A DNA stretch of 64,000 nt from Octopus sinensis (lineage: Eukaryota), in assembly GCF_006345805.1 (NCBI RefSeq), contig NC_042997.1:155806001-155870000 (forward strand), given 5' to 3'. The translations under genes and the position numbers were made by a program. Under the pieces are notes generated by a model, which was given only the letters and a program-made list of their open reading frames with translations, was not told the origin of the DNA and ran no database searches. Every line of letters starts with the position of its first letter. The stretch's first letter is position 1. Positions 27,284 through 40,880 of the stretch are shown in pieces.

Positions 27284-29120
27284 AGTAATGATAATAGCAA
27301 TGACACTAATGATAATAGATGGAATAGTCTTAGGAGCTAAACAACAACAACAACACCACCACCATCCCTTCTGTTTAAAGTCAAAGTATGCTTATCGACA
27401 AAACAAAGTTTTCCTGTCAGTTCAAATCTTGCATAACTTCAGCCTCTGGTCTGGATAATGTCAATTTCCAATTTCTAACATGGCTTCAGCTGAAATATTC
27501 ATCTCATGTTTATAGCAATGCAATTTCATCTTATATGCTCTGACTAATTCCTTTCACATCTAACTGCTATCCCAGTTTACTCCACAACTCAAAACTGCCT
27601 ATCAAGGTCAAATAGCTCAGCCAATGAAGCAAGCTTCTTCACAAGCAACAGTACTTTTACCCACACATTCCATTCTAGACAGTAAACTAATACTAACTCT
27701 AAGGAATAAAATAAAGTTTTGGCTATATTAATAAAGTATCCAAGCGTTAAAGGTGTTAGTTGGTGGTACTTGAGTAAAAATCAATAGATAATGAGGATAG
27801 ATGAGAACTATTTGAATTGTAATGAGAGATAGACAGCAATAGAGTAGCCAGTAACCAATATAAACCTAACAACCAATATCCCCACAAAACATACACACAC
27901 AAACAAAATATGATGAGAAATAGTATGGTTTCTCCCAATAAACGATTTTCATTTCTTCTTTAGTTTCTTCTACACATTTGTCAGATTCAGATACTTGGAT
28001 TTCACAATGTAGGCAATGTAATCTGAATACAGATCTAGTCAGGAACCAATATTACAACATACACTGTATAAATTATACTAGCAACAGACATGAGCTAATG
28101 AGGGAGCATCTACATGGTGGATCAATCTGCTAGAAATAGCAGCCAAATCTTGCTCAAATCACATCTTGCCATAAAGGATATAGTGAACAATATAGCTCTG
28201 GACATACAAAATGACAGGATGGTTATGACTTGCAGAGCAAATTGATCTGAGACCAAACAGCAATATTAATTACACTAGCAGTCATTATTGATAATAAAGG
28301 CACCATGCTGTGAATCTAGTACAGCCAAAATTATTGGTTAAATAGGTAGACAAATTTGAAGAATATGAACACTTGCTGATTTTTTTGGCATATCCAGAAA
28401 GTGTCCAAATATGTTTAGTTTTTACAAAATACTAAAAGCTGACAAAATTATATCAAATTGGTACTAACAGAATAGCTGTAATAACTCAAGTAGATAGATG
28501 TTGTATAGCGACACACAGTGAGTTAAATCAAATAGATATTTTGTAGTAGCTAAAATAGACAGATGCTTTATAGGGACATATAGTCATATGGAAACTATGA
28601 AAGTTTGATAACACTACAAACAGAACAAATTACAGATGTGCTCATTCTGTGTGAACATTTAAGATAAAAAAAGAAGAGGAAAACTAAATTAAAGATACTA
28701 ACAAGTGAATGCTGTGTTCATGAACATTTGACAGTGCTTGATCTTCTTTTGCAAAGGCACTTAATGTTGTTAGATCTACTGATAGCAAAAAAATCTGTAG
28801 GCCATCATTCTTAAATCTACAGGAGGTTCTACATAGTTGCTAGACTTGCTAGAAATATCAGCCAATTCTCCATCAAATCACATTTACTGTGTTGTTCTTA
28901 TTTTGAAGCTACGAGAGGGTATGTGCTTTGTTTCCCAACCGAGGAGTAGAGGAACAAGAAAAACAAGTTATGTCTGGAATATCATTGATCATAGGTTTAC
29001 AAGATCAAAACTGACCTGGGGCAAAACAAATGAAAACAAACTCCAAGCTAATATGAGCATATCCTACCAAATCTTTTTTTGTCTTCTGTTCTGCTGATTT
29101 CAGTTTACTATCACCACCCT

Positions 29121-29508
29121 TTTCTACTCTAGGCCCGAAATTTTGGGGAAGTGGGCCAGTCAATTAGATCGACCCCAGTATGCAACTGGTACTTAATTTA
29201 TTGACCCCAAAAGGATGAAAGGCAAAGTCGACCTCGGCAGAGTTTAACTCAGAACGTAAAGACAGACAAAAAACCTATTTCTTTACTACCCACAAGGGGC
29301 TAAACACAGAGAGGACAAACAAGGACAGACAAGCGGATTAAGTCGATTACATCGACCCCAGTGCGTAACTGGTACTTAATTTATCGACACCGAAAGGATG
29401 AAAGGCAAAGTCGACCTCGGCGGAATTTGAACTCAGAATGTAACAGCAGACGAACTATGGCTACGCATTTCGCCCGGCGTGCTAACATTTCTGCCAGCTC
29501 GCCGCCTT
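29121..29508 (-). mobile_element. Dimeric SINE-A with target-site duplication
   Basis: Two monomers joined by a 70-bp linker; tttactatcaccaccct occurs at 29104-29120 and 29507-29523. Confidence 0.85.
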
Positions 29509-30495
29509 TACTATCACCACCCTTACTAGTAAATAAAATGTCTTTTACAGAAAACTGCCAACTCCTATCTTTTCAGTGAAGTTTACTCTCTCTCTCTGTC
29601 TCCTTGCCTCTCTGACAGTTAATACATTTGGCTCTCCACAAACTACTAATTGTATGTGACTGTCAATTTAATCTTTGTTCCAGGCAGTCAATAACGAACA
29701 CAAAGGACAAACAAATAGAAAGAAGAGCATTAACGATCAAACCAATGTGCAGAGATTTTGAGTGAATTCCTAAATATCTGCAGAGTTAAGCAGATGAATC
29801 CAAGGTTGCTAGGATTGGCAAGATTTATGCCATTTTAAGAGTTAGGCTAGTTTAAGCATAAGATAAATGTTCACTTTTACCAAACTTCGTTTGGCATTAT
29901 TTCAGTACATTTAATGAATTTATATCAATAATTGAATACCTTCTGTAGGCTAGCATCAACAAGTGAAGAATACTTAACATTCATAATTTCATGGCTTCTT
30001 TATTTTCATCTTCACAGCTTTGGTGTGTGGGTGTGAAGGGGAGATGGAAGGAGAGTGAGATGGAGAGACAAACACTTATTGAATGAAAAACAGAGAGGCT
30101 GAAAAAAAATACTTGGGGAGAAGAAGAGTTTCATCAGTCACTAAAAAAAAAGTTATAAAATTGAGTGAGTGAAATTATGGCTTTGCATTTTAGCACCAGG
30201 CCAGCAAGTTTAGGGAAGGGGGTAAGTTGATTATAACCACCCCAGTGTTGAACAGGGGCATATTTTATTGACCTCAATGGGATGAAAGACAAAGTCAACC
30301 TAAGTAGAATTTGAACTTAGAATTTAAAGCTCTGAGTTCAAATTCTGCCAAGGTCAACTTTGCTTTTCGTCCTTTCAGGGTCGATTAAATAAGTACCAGT
30401 TACGCAGTGGGGTCAATATAATCGACTTAATCCATTTGTCTGTCCTTGTTTGTCCCCTCTGTGTTTAGCCCCGTGTGGGTAGTAAAGAAATAGGT

Positions 30496-30782
30496 AAGAC
30501 ATGTATGAGGCACCTGTGCTGGTGACATGTAAATGGTACTCATGCCAGTGACATGTAAATGGTACCCATGCTGGTGACACATAAGAGGCAACTGTGCTGT
30601 GACATGTAAGAGGCAACCATGCCAGTGACATGTAAAAGGCACTCAGTACATTCTCTAGAGTGGCTGGCACTAGGAAGGGCATCCAGCTGTAGAAACCAAG
30701 CCAAAATAGACTGGAGCAGCTCTCTGGCTTACCAGCTCTAGACAAACCATCATGAAAAACAGACATTAAATGATGATGATGA
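30496..30782 (+). mobile_element. RTE-type LINE 3' end with about 26-bp tandem units
   Basis: aggaagggcatccagctgtagaaac core and (GAT)n tail; gtgacatgtaaa units repeated about five times. Confidence 0.7.
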
Positions 30783-31675
30783 ATCTACAGCAGTTAATTG
30801 GTTAAACATTTTTTCAAATTCTTTGCATAGAATATGGAGCGAAATTCTACCATAATCATGAACACACACACACACAACGTATGTGTGAATGAATATATAT
30901 ATAAACACACACACAAACACATGTCTATAAAATTTATCCTCAGAATAATTTTGCCAACTGCCTTTATTAAAGAAGATAGTTTTTAGAGTTGCCAAAACTG
31001 ATTTCTAACTGACATTTTCAATACAAGCAAAAGAAAATGATAGAATAATTTGGCATATTTCTAAGGCATGTTTGGCATTTTGAAATGAAACCAATCTAAG
31101 ATGCTCTTGTTGAATTTAAGTATTGTATATTTTTTGCATGATACTACATACTTGATCAATAACTATTGATTATTAAAACAAATTATCATAGTATTATAAC
31201 ATAAAATATTCATAATATATACACTCGAAACATAAAATTCTTGCTATAAACCTAAAGACAGGAGATACAACAAATTTCAAAACAAACTAGGTAAATGTAA
31301 ACATTAACACTATAAATAAGGATCACAGAAGCGATTAAATCAGTGTAAGTGAATATTAAAGAGTTTGAAAAGTATTGGCTAAAAATATTCAAAAGACAAT
31401 CAAATCTTAGGTTAAAAACAAAAACACTCAACTTGAGCAGTGGAATATAAACTGAAGATCAGGTGAGCTAAGGGGTGTTGATGATGGCTGCTGCCAAACA
31501 AACCAGAACTATTTAAAATAGCATCAGTACATAACTGAAGAACGGCTTCCTGCTAAAGCTATGTACTAAAATACCAACAGCAATAAATTTTATGGCCTGA
31601 TAGCCATTCTTATTCATGTTCGATAATATTCACTGCAAGTAAATCATATTTTTTGCTTTGTAAAATCAAGCAAAC

Positions 31676-32072
31676 AGGTGCAGGCATGGCTGTGTGGTTA
31701 AGAAGCTTGCTTTTACAAATAAATGGCTTCAGGTTCAGTTCCACTTCACAGCACCATGGGCAGGTGTCTTCTACAATACAAAGCTGACCAATACCTTGTG
31801 AATCAATTTGGTAGACAGAAACCTGTGTGGAGGTCTATTGTGTGTGTGTGCTTGTATGTTTGTGTTTGTCTCCACCATTACTTGACAACCAATGTTGGTT
31901 TGTTTATGTCCCTGTAACTCAGCACATTGGCAAAAAAAGAGACCCATGGAATGAACACCAGGCTTAAAAAAAAAAATAAATACGGGATGATTTGTTCACT
32001 AAAACCCATCAAGAAGGTGCCCCAGCAGGGCCACAGTCCAATGATTGAACCATATAAAAGATAAAAAAAGAT
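31676..32072 (+). mobile_element. SINE-B copy; further copies at about 4725-4888(+), 8143-8510(-), 13980-14298(-), 14500-14830(-), 17610-17915(-), 19430-19560(-), 20890-21190(+), 23940-24310(+), 24921-25085(+), 52790-53157(-), 60240-60470(+), 63745-64000(-)
   Basis: Shared blocks ggctgtgtggt.aagaagcttgc, ggttcagt.cc, gggca.gtgtcttcta and catggcc.cagtc.aatga.tgaa.ca. Confidence 0.8.
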
Positions 32073-34983
32073 AACCTCCAGCTAACAGTTCTAGCAGAAC
32101 AACACAGACTTTATAATAATTAAGTCATGTCAGTTGCTGTTGTAGTTCCATCAGAAATATCAACGATAACAATAAGGTGAGACTAGAGGGAAATTTACAT
32201 TTCAAACAGGCTGAGTGACCACACTGAAGCTCCCTTGTTGGCAAGAACTGATTGTATAAACACTAAAGTGATTTAATAAAATAGAGAGAGAAAAAAAAAT
32301 GATTGGTTGGATATGTTTATTAGAGAGAGGATATTAAAATTTGAAGTTTTAAAAGATGCAAGTTCAATTTAAATTGATACCAGAGATTTGACTTTGTCAG
32401 CCAGTCAGTCATTTGCAGTGAAGGAAAGGGAGGTAGAGGAAATACTATTAAATGAAATGATTCCAACCAAAATGTCTCACTAATCACATGTTGGCATGCA
32501 GCAAAAGTTCTAAGGGAGTTGTAATTTCTAAACATTTCATTTTGTGGAGAATATTCATTAAACAGAGCCTTTATCAAATACCAAATTAGCCAAACAGTAG
32601 CACAGAGATTGTGAATAAAACCACTGACTGGAAACCAAAGTGTTGTTAAGCTGCTGTTCAAAGATCAGTTTACTTGTTCTCTGAAAACAAATTTACACAT
32701 TGGAAATTTATAGAAAACTAGAGTCAGCAGGTGAAGCTATTGTTTAAGCAGAGTATCTCTGTTGAATTTTCAATGGTTCTTCAAAAAGGCTTTTATTATG
32801 GAAGGGAAAAGGAGGATCAACTTGGCATATTGTGGCAATAGTTCTCTGAATTTTTATAATGTCATTATTAGATATCTAATGTGTTCAAGAAAGTTTAGCA
32901 GTGAGAATTTTTACACTATCTAGGATAATACAAAGTAATTTATTGCAAAGTTTCTTTGTGATATGTGCGTGTGGGGAGAGAGAGAGAGATGTTCAATACC
33001 GCTGTGATGGCCTTAAAAGTTTTGAAGTCAAATAGACAGGATAACCAGTCTATAGGGAAGAGTGAGAAGCCTAACGTTAGAATTTGTCAAGAAACTGAGG
33101 TTCCTATTCAGACTTGGACTTGTATTTTTCTCATTTTCTTTACATGTAATATTCCTATAAAATCTAACTACATAACCGTTATTCACAGATATTGGAGAAG
33201 ATTCAAACAGTATTTGCTCTTAAATCATTCATCTACTTCTAGCAGACATCATCTAAAAGTAATATTCAAATTACTTCAAACCTGGTTAGTTTCACTGCAT
33301 AAAAATTACCTTATGGTTTGCTGTGAGATCTAAATTTTTTTTATATATTACAACCTATAGAAGGCCTACTTGAAGAGTAAAATGGTAAATTATCTACTTT
33401 TTTTAACCACTTAAATTTAAACTTTGCCTTTTTTTTACAGTAAAAAAAGAAAAGAAAGCAAAACGATTTGGTGGGAGGGGGTATTAAAACTCATCTTATC
33501 TTCAGATTAACTCTATAAATATTTGTATTATTTAAGTAGAAGATTACAAACCTTACAAAGAATGGATTTTTAATGAGAAATATAAAAATAGAGAGAGAAG
33601 GAAGACTACCGAAACTTCTAACTGTGCAATATGATAAAAATGCAGCCAGTTTTTCAAAATGTAATCAGCATTGATAAAGGGAAGCAAGCAGCTATAAAAG
33701 TTCCTTGAGAAATAAACTCTTCCATTTAATACAAGCAGAGAATATTGAAATTGAAGAGAGGGAGTTTTTGCAGTTATGATAGCAGTAGTAGTGGTAATGG
33801 TGGTGGTCACACAATGATTGGAATAACAATGATAACAGGCTAAACAGTACAATTTCAAAAAGCAATTAAGCACAAAAGATTTCCCTACTACATTATTATA
33901 ATTCCACAATGAAATTCTAGTAGCTTGACAGTTTGCTTTTCTTGGGTTAACAGAAAATCTATTATATATGTTCAGTACATGAACCAAGAAATTGCTGAAT
34001 TAAAATAAGTTAAAAGGGGTCACACAATACTTTCAGGGGTGACTAATAACTTTGTTTTACACTCGTTGCCCAAGAATTCATGTTAGTCATCCTGTCTTTT
34101 AATAACCTTGAGAGGTATCAATGCCCATCTAAGTAGCCAAGGAGAGCAATGTTATGTGTTTTGAGTTAAATGCCACTACAGAAAAATCACATTCTCAATC
34201 TACATAAACCATTTAAAGAAAACAAAAAAAAAACAACCCATGTCTTTGGATATTCTGAATGTTCAAGAATATATACCAAATTACTTTTCCAAGAATGAAT
34301 AAAATTATTTCTATTTTGCTCCTTCCTTAGAGCTGCAATTTCTCGAGCTCTGTGCAGACACAAGTGCATGCATACATGCACACACACACACACACACACA
34401 AACATACATTAAACAGTATTTCACAAACGCATTTTTTCAGCAATCTCTGCAACCTGAAATAATCTCGTTAACTAATACCTTATTTTGCAAGAGCATAAAA
34501 AAAGGTGAAGACATTGGCCATTCTTTTCAGGCTCAGGAGAGTTTAAGCTCATGTGGATAGATCAAAACTAGCATACACTTATTTGTATGCCTGAACTTAT
34601 GAGAATAGTGAAGTATTGAATAACTGTCAGTATTTAACAACTGACAAAACCCAGAAAGAAACTTTGAATGACTGACTAACAATACTTGGTTATTTATTAC
34701 TCATTATATAACAACAATGAATCAGCGCAGTATATATTTTGGTAGATTACTAAATACAGAAACCAAGCACTAATAAATAACCTGAAATTAATAATAAACC
34801 AAGTTGTACAACGGATAATCTTTTAACATATCAAAAGTAATATATTTGAGTATATTAATATTGATAATGAAAACAAAAGAACTAATCTTTTTATATCAAA
34901 ATATTAAGTGCACTAATTTAATGAAGACAAATCTTAGTTATTTTATTATTATTATTTGAGATCTCAGTGGGAAACTGAATATG

Positions 34984-35026
<43 letters not shown>

Positions 35027-35579
35027 CATGCACATACATTTATTTCTTAGTTCCTTTGTTGTTGGATAAACAATTCAATATCATGAGTGCAGTGTATTGC
35101 CCATAGCTTTCCTGAGTTTGATACTTTTATATACATGGTTCTAAATATACTAATAATTACATTCAGTGTGGTGAGCATCTAGTTACATTCTTCATGAAGT
35201 GAAGTAATATTTTCCTTCTGGATTCTCTCCAACTCACTCTCATATCATTAATGACTGCAAGGAATGCATAATCAATATCACGACCCTTTCTTCCATTCCT
35301 TGTAAATCAGACACCTTATACAGAAGTACAAATATTGTTTATATTTAGTCATTGTTCATATTTAACTTTTAACAGGAGAAAAGAGGATTTTCTGTTTGAC
35401 AGTACTTCTTTCTATTTTCTATCTTTTACACAGGAGAGAAGGCAATGCCCATGATTCTTCCTCCTTTTCTACTGGCGGGAGAAAGGGAAGAAGGTATCTT
35501 CAAACAGGGGTCCTGGCCCAAATGCATACAACAAAGTAAGCTCCTCTAAAGGTTTTCTAGTACCATGTCATAATCTTAA

Positions 35580-35797
35580 CCCTTTAGCACTCAGATTTCT
35601 TTGTCAAATTTATTGCTTATCTATTCACATTGTTCCAAATTAGTCACACATTATTTTGTAGCTTCAAGATTTCAATTGTGTTTGTATAGTTTTAGAATGA
35701 TACTGTTGTATAGGTGTGAGAGGTTCAATCTGGTCTGTTTTAACATAAAACAGGTAGAATACTGGGACTGGGTATAGCTGAATTAAATGCCAAAAGG
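35580..35797. mobile_element. piggyBac-like MITE, family 2 (a partial copy also at about 3974-4125)
   Basis: ccctttagca ... tgccaaaagg ends with TTAA at 35576-35579 and 35798-35801. Confidence 0.72.
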
Positions 35798-37695
35798 TTA
35801 AACCAAATGACAGATGAAGCCTAGCACTCAAGTAAGCTATATGTCATCATCATCATTTATTTGTTGGATGGTTTGACAGGAGCTGGCTGGATGGCTGGAT
35901 ACCCTTCCTAACATCAATCACTTTACAGAATGTACCGGGTGCTTTTTCTACATGGCACAAGCATGGGAGCTTTTCATGAGGCACCAGCACCTGTGAGCTC
36001 ACAATATCAAAATATATCAATAATATTTCACAAGTTAGAGTATATTCAGAGTTTAGTAGATTTGATTAAATATTTCCTCACTTCTATCAACAGGTCATTA
36101 TTTTTGTAAGATGTGTCTTCAGGTTTATAGATAACAAAATTAAGTATGAAATCTTCATCACAAAATGTTTCATATCCTCCGTTATAAAATAGAATTGTGG
36201 ACACTAACTTCAGTGGTTGTTTGTTCCTAAAGAGAAATCTGGTGAGGTAATCTACAATTTATAGAAATTTAGAATGTGCTATACAAGTGCATTTTCTTTT
36301 TTTAAAAACTCTGTCATCATGATTTATCAATCAAACCTTACTCTGGAATTTGCAGTGCATGCACACATGAATGTGTTATTTTTACATCCATTTTTCCATG
36401 CGAGTATGGTTTGGATGGAACCTTTTGAGGTAGAGTTTTTACGCTTGATGCCTTTCCTGACGTGAAGCTTTTTAGCTGCCTTTTATATAACATTCAGAAA
36501 CAAATATATGTTGATGATATGACATATAAAAACAAACTGAACTGCTTAAGCAGAATTTGATTCTATTACAATACGTGTTATAAATTTCATACTTGTCTAT
36601 ACATAAATTGATTTGTTAGTAAAAGGGTTAAAAAAATCCATTTTATTTCTGATAAAAAAAAAAAGGTAAAACAAAGAGAAAAATAACCCATGATCTCTGA
36701 AGGCAAACGATCCAGTGGTGAAGCCGTTATTAAATATGCTTCAGCATATTTAATAATATGAGAATAGTGGTGCTGGGAAAGAGGTTTTGTGTTGGAAAAA
36801 TTAGTGACAGTGCCGGTGGGAAAAAAAACAAAAAAAACACAAACAAACTATAAATTACAGGAGGGCAAAACATGTTCGGAATATACTGTCTCCTGATATG
36901 AGAAATTAGAGAAAGATTTAAACACTTGGACATGTAAACTATGTGTGGATGAACTTGTGCATATGCTATGCCTCCACCACTATTTCAGCTCTCCCTGGAT
37001 ACATGTAAAATAATATAACTCAATAGTTCCATTTTTCAGTAAGGCAATGTACCAGATTCATCAACAGACATGGGCTGTCAGTTTTATGTAACTAGAACTA
37101 GGCTGGATATTGTCATACAATGAGTGAAAGACATGTGAAAAGTATTCTAGGTGAAATAGTGATGAAGTCTTTTTTTTTTTATATAAAAAAGTAGTATTGC
37201 CAATGTGATAGATGGCACAGAGGATGAATTGTTAAATGAAAAGCTTTTAGAGCAAAAGAATAAACACATACCCAACTTAGATGAGAGTTTAACTAACAAA
37301 CTGGGTTTGTTTCACTTAAATGAATTTATTACTATGTGTTTGCTTTGATGGTTATGAAATGATATGGACTTTTTAATATTTTTCCATGAACAGACATGTT
37401 TTCATGGAAGGCTGGACAAGTACAACACTATTTTGTTTGACAGTGACATTTACAATTATTATGTAATATCAAGACAAGGAGACAATAGCACAAATACACA
37501 CATACATATCTACACATGCATGCACGTATGCGTACACACACACACACTCCAAGTATGCAAAACTCATGCAGTTCTCTATAGGCTCACTGTAAGCCTATTT
37601 GCTGCTAAATGCTGCAAATATTGTCAATTCATTAGGAGCAGAAAATTAAAAACACTGGTTTATCTCTATGTTCTGGGCATAATGGTCCCTTTAAA

Positions 37696-37750
<55 letters not shown>

Positions 37751-38952
37751 CTGTGCACAGAAATTTGAGTGCAAATTTTGTCTTTCTTAGCAAAGTATAC
37801 ACAAGTAACCATCTTCAATAAAAAAAAGAAAAGAAATTGATTTCATCTTAAAGACCTTGTCTGCAGTGTTTCTTATTAAGTTGTGCAGTAAAATCTTAGC
37901 AGTCAATTCACTACTTATTGATGTAACTAAATCCCCCCTCACCTGTACGCCACAAAAAATAAACTTACTAACAGGCTTATGTTTAATTTATATATTTCTA
38001 ATTAAAAAGCAGATGCAAAAAAATCTTTTGTTACATTAAAAGATCTATGAGAAAAAAAACAAAACTGAAGTAGTTTCCTTTTAGACTAATGCAACAATAA
38101 TTCTAATAGTTATATTCAAATTGTCTTCTTTGGTTCTCTTGTACTTGATCATATTGTTAAATTGGATTTATGAGAGTAACTGTAGAACAGCAATTGCTAA
38201 AACTATATTCTTCCAGATTCTTTCATTTGAAAAAAATTCAACAATTTAAATTCTAGCTCAGTTTCAACTTTACATAAATGGTTTCAGGGTTAGTTACATT
38301 TTAACTGCAAGATAAAACCTGTCCATTGCATATTGAATGTAAAGGGTTATTTACATTGATTGCTTGGTGAAAAAAAGAAGGGGAAAAAATGAAAAACAAA
38401 AAAAAAGTTGAAAAGTCAAAGTAACAAAAACGAAATGGTTTATAAAATTGAACGATGCAAAGAAAAATACCCAATAAAATTCAACAATAAATTTCAAAAA
38501 AACTGTTTTAACTGAAAAAGCAAATATAATTCAGAGAGAAAAATTTACTTTAAAACAATGACTTCAGTATATTCAAATAGAAAGAACAAAAACAAAAAAA
38601 CAAATGAAATAATGTACACAACAAATACACATACACAAGTATAAACACCATGTGTACATACATGCGTATACACTAGCATACACAGTATAATGTAAAGCTG
38701 AAGTTCTTGCAGGTTTCAATTTTGGAATTATATTTTCAAATGTGAATGAAATAAATATCCAAGTTATAGCTGTAAAGTCATCTTGAACAGAGATGTCAGC
38801 TTTAAATAGTCTCCTTTATGTTCTTAATGTGTAGCTCACAACTTATGAGGTTATACAAGGAGAACAGGGTTGTTGTTTAGTGCCAGATCACCCCTGAAGC
38901 AGACCTATAATAAAAGACAGGTTAGGTGCAACCATACCATTTTTTTTAAGTA

Positions 38953-39456
38953 CCTTAAATCCTCGAGTATAGTCTGCCCTTGAGTATAATCTGCAGGGGA
39001 TTTTTAGGGGGCTGTACCTCTGAAAAACCTAAACCTTGTGTATAATATGCATCCCTTCTCTAACTTGAGTCAAGGAGGTCTATATAAAGTCCTTGGTTTG
39101 TAAAAATGTATATGGTAACGTCCTTTATTATTATTACTGTATATATAACATAATGCAAACATGTAGCTTTTTTGTGCATTTTGTTTGCAGAAAATAACAG
39201 TAATAACGTTTAATAAATGTTGCTTACTGCATGTTATGGATGATTCTTTTATGACTTCATTGCTTTCAGGATTAGCTTAAGGTATTTTTGCACCCCGACA
39301 TCACAAAATATGTCTGAATAAACATTGCCGGACAGCAGAGACTCGGACATTGCTTAGAAAATAATTTTCATTTTAAACCTTGTGTATAATATGCACTAGG
39401 GTTTCTGACCTTTAAATTTTGAGAAAAAAATGTGGATTATACTCAAAGATTTACGG
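38953..39456. mobile_element. pogo/Tigger-like MITE (about 500 bp)
   Basis: TIRs ccttaaatcctcgagtatagtc and ggattatactcaaagatttacgg, TA on both sides (38951-38952, 39457-39458), internal repeated aaaccttgtgtataatatgca (about 39031 and 39376), no coding capacity. Confidence 0.8.
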
Positions 39457-39699
39457 TACTTATTTTGAAAAAATGCATCTCAGTCTGCATTATGCAATGT
39501 GTCCTTCCAGTTTTAAAACAATAGGGTGTGATTTGAAGGCTGCTGTTTACAACAGGTCAAATGACCATTTAGAAGAAATGGTCAGTAAACTGGAGGCTAG
39601 CTGTTTGTATATTTCAAGACTCTCAAGAAAGAATTTTGGGGAAAAAGTACAATTATTTTGTTGTTTGTCAACATCAACCAATTTGTTTGGTAACTAAAA

Positions 39700-40880
39700 G
39701 CAACAAACTGCACACTGTGGGCAAATCATTGGTGATGCCCATAGAGAGTATCTGTGATACATAAAAATGCAAGTGATGTGCTGAAACATTCCTTTATCCT
39801 TTAGGCGCCAAAAATCATCAAAAGTCAAATCAATGAACTGGCAAACAATGTAAAAAGTCTGTTAATTGAAGATCATGAACTGGAATTTTCAATACAGCTG
39901 ACTGAATTTAGTGTCAATAACAAAAGTTACATTACTAATAGTGTACATCAGATATTTGGATATTAGAGGGCATTTCAAGAAGAAATGTTCTTTATCAAAA
40001 ATAAAAAAAAAAATGTAAGAGAATAGATACAACAGGTGGGTCTCCTATTGGTTCAATACAATTTTTTTTTTACTACAAACAATATTCCCCTTGATAACAT
40101 ATTCTTTGCACAACTGATGGAGCTCTCAATATAATTGTTTGGTATCAAAGCTTCGTAACAAATAAAAAAAAAAAAATGAAGTTCCAAATCCATAGTGATT
40201 TACTTCATCGTTGAAAAATTAGGAAAAATGTTTAAAATTTACTCCTCCACTCTGAAGAATGATGGCATTTCAAAGGCTGCACCAATTTATGCACTGACAT
40301 TTCTCATTAAAGTGAGAGTATAGATTCAAAGGCAAATTATTTGGCAGGTTCAAAAATTTATATTTTGTACCTAGCAAGATCCCCATTTTTAATGATGTTA
40401 ATATGCAGCTTCAGGGAAGGAATGCAATGCATTGATGCTACATGTTTTATTTTTAATGAGAAAATGCAACATATTGTCACCATGCCCAATGTTTCATTGG
40501 GAATGGTAGAGGAATTATTAGACAGTGATTATATGCATTTTGGCAAACATTTGAAATTTATTTCAGATGATTTGGAATCATGGTGTGAGGATATCATTAA
40601 CATAGATGTACCCAGCTGGATTTCTGATCCCTTCGGTATTGATATGGATTAGCTGAAGGATTCATTCTCATGTGACATAATACTGAAGCAAAAATGACAC
40701 ACAGGATTATGCTGTCATCAAGACAAACAAGGACATTGGTGCTAGATATCCAAATTTTCAATTGAATATTGAATTCCTACTTCTTTCCTTTCTCCACTCA
40801 ATATCGTTGAAAGGGAATCCTCCATGAAGAATTATACACTGACAAAATCATGAAATTGTCTCAATATTGTGGAATGAGGA
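39700..40880 (+). pseudogene. Heavily decayed hAT (Charlie/Buster/ZBED5-like) transposase relic
   Basis: Frame-broken motifs resembling INELANNVKSLL (39830), FSIQL (39885), EEMFF (39980), TDGA (40113), DVPSWISDPF (ORF 40341..40652) and a VERxFS-like end near 40805. Confidence 0.65.

Noticed and set aside
29940-29984. Minus-strand MNVKYSSLVDASLQK followed by a phase-0 gt donor, faintly like ZMYND19 TKYTLIDEQD
   Set aside because: Wrong length, no FE end, weak donor and only chance-level similarity; not accepted as the missing exon.
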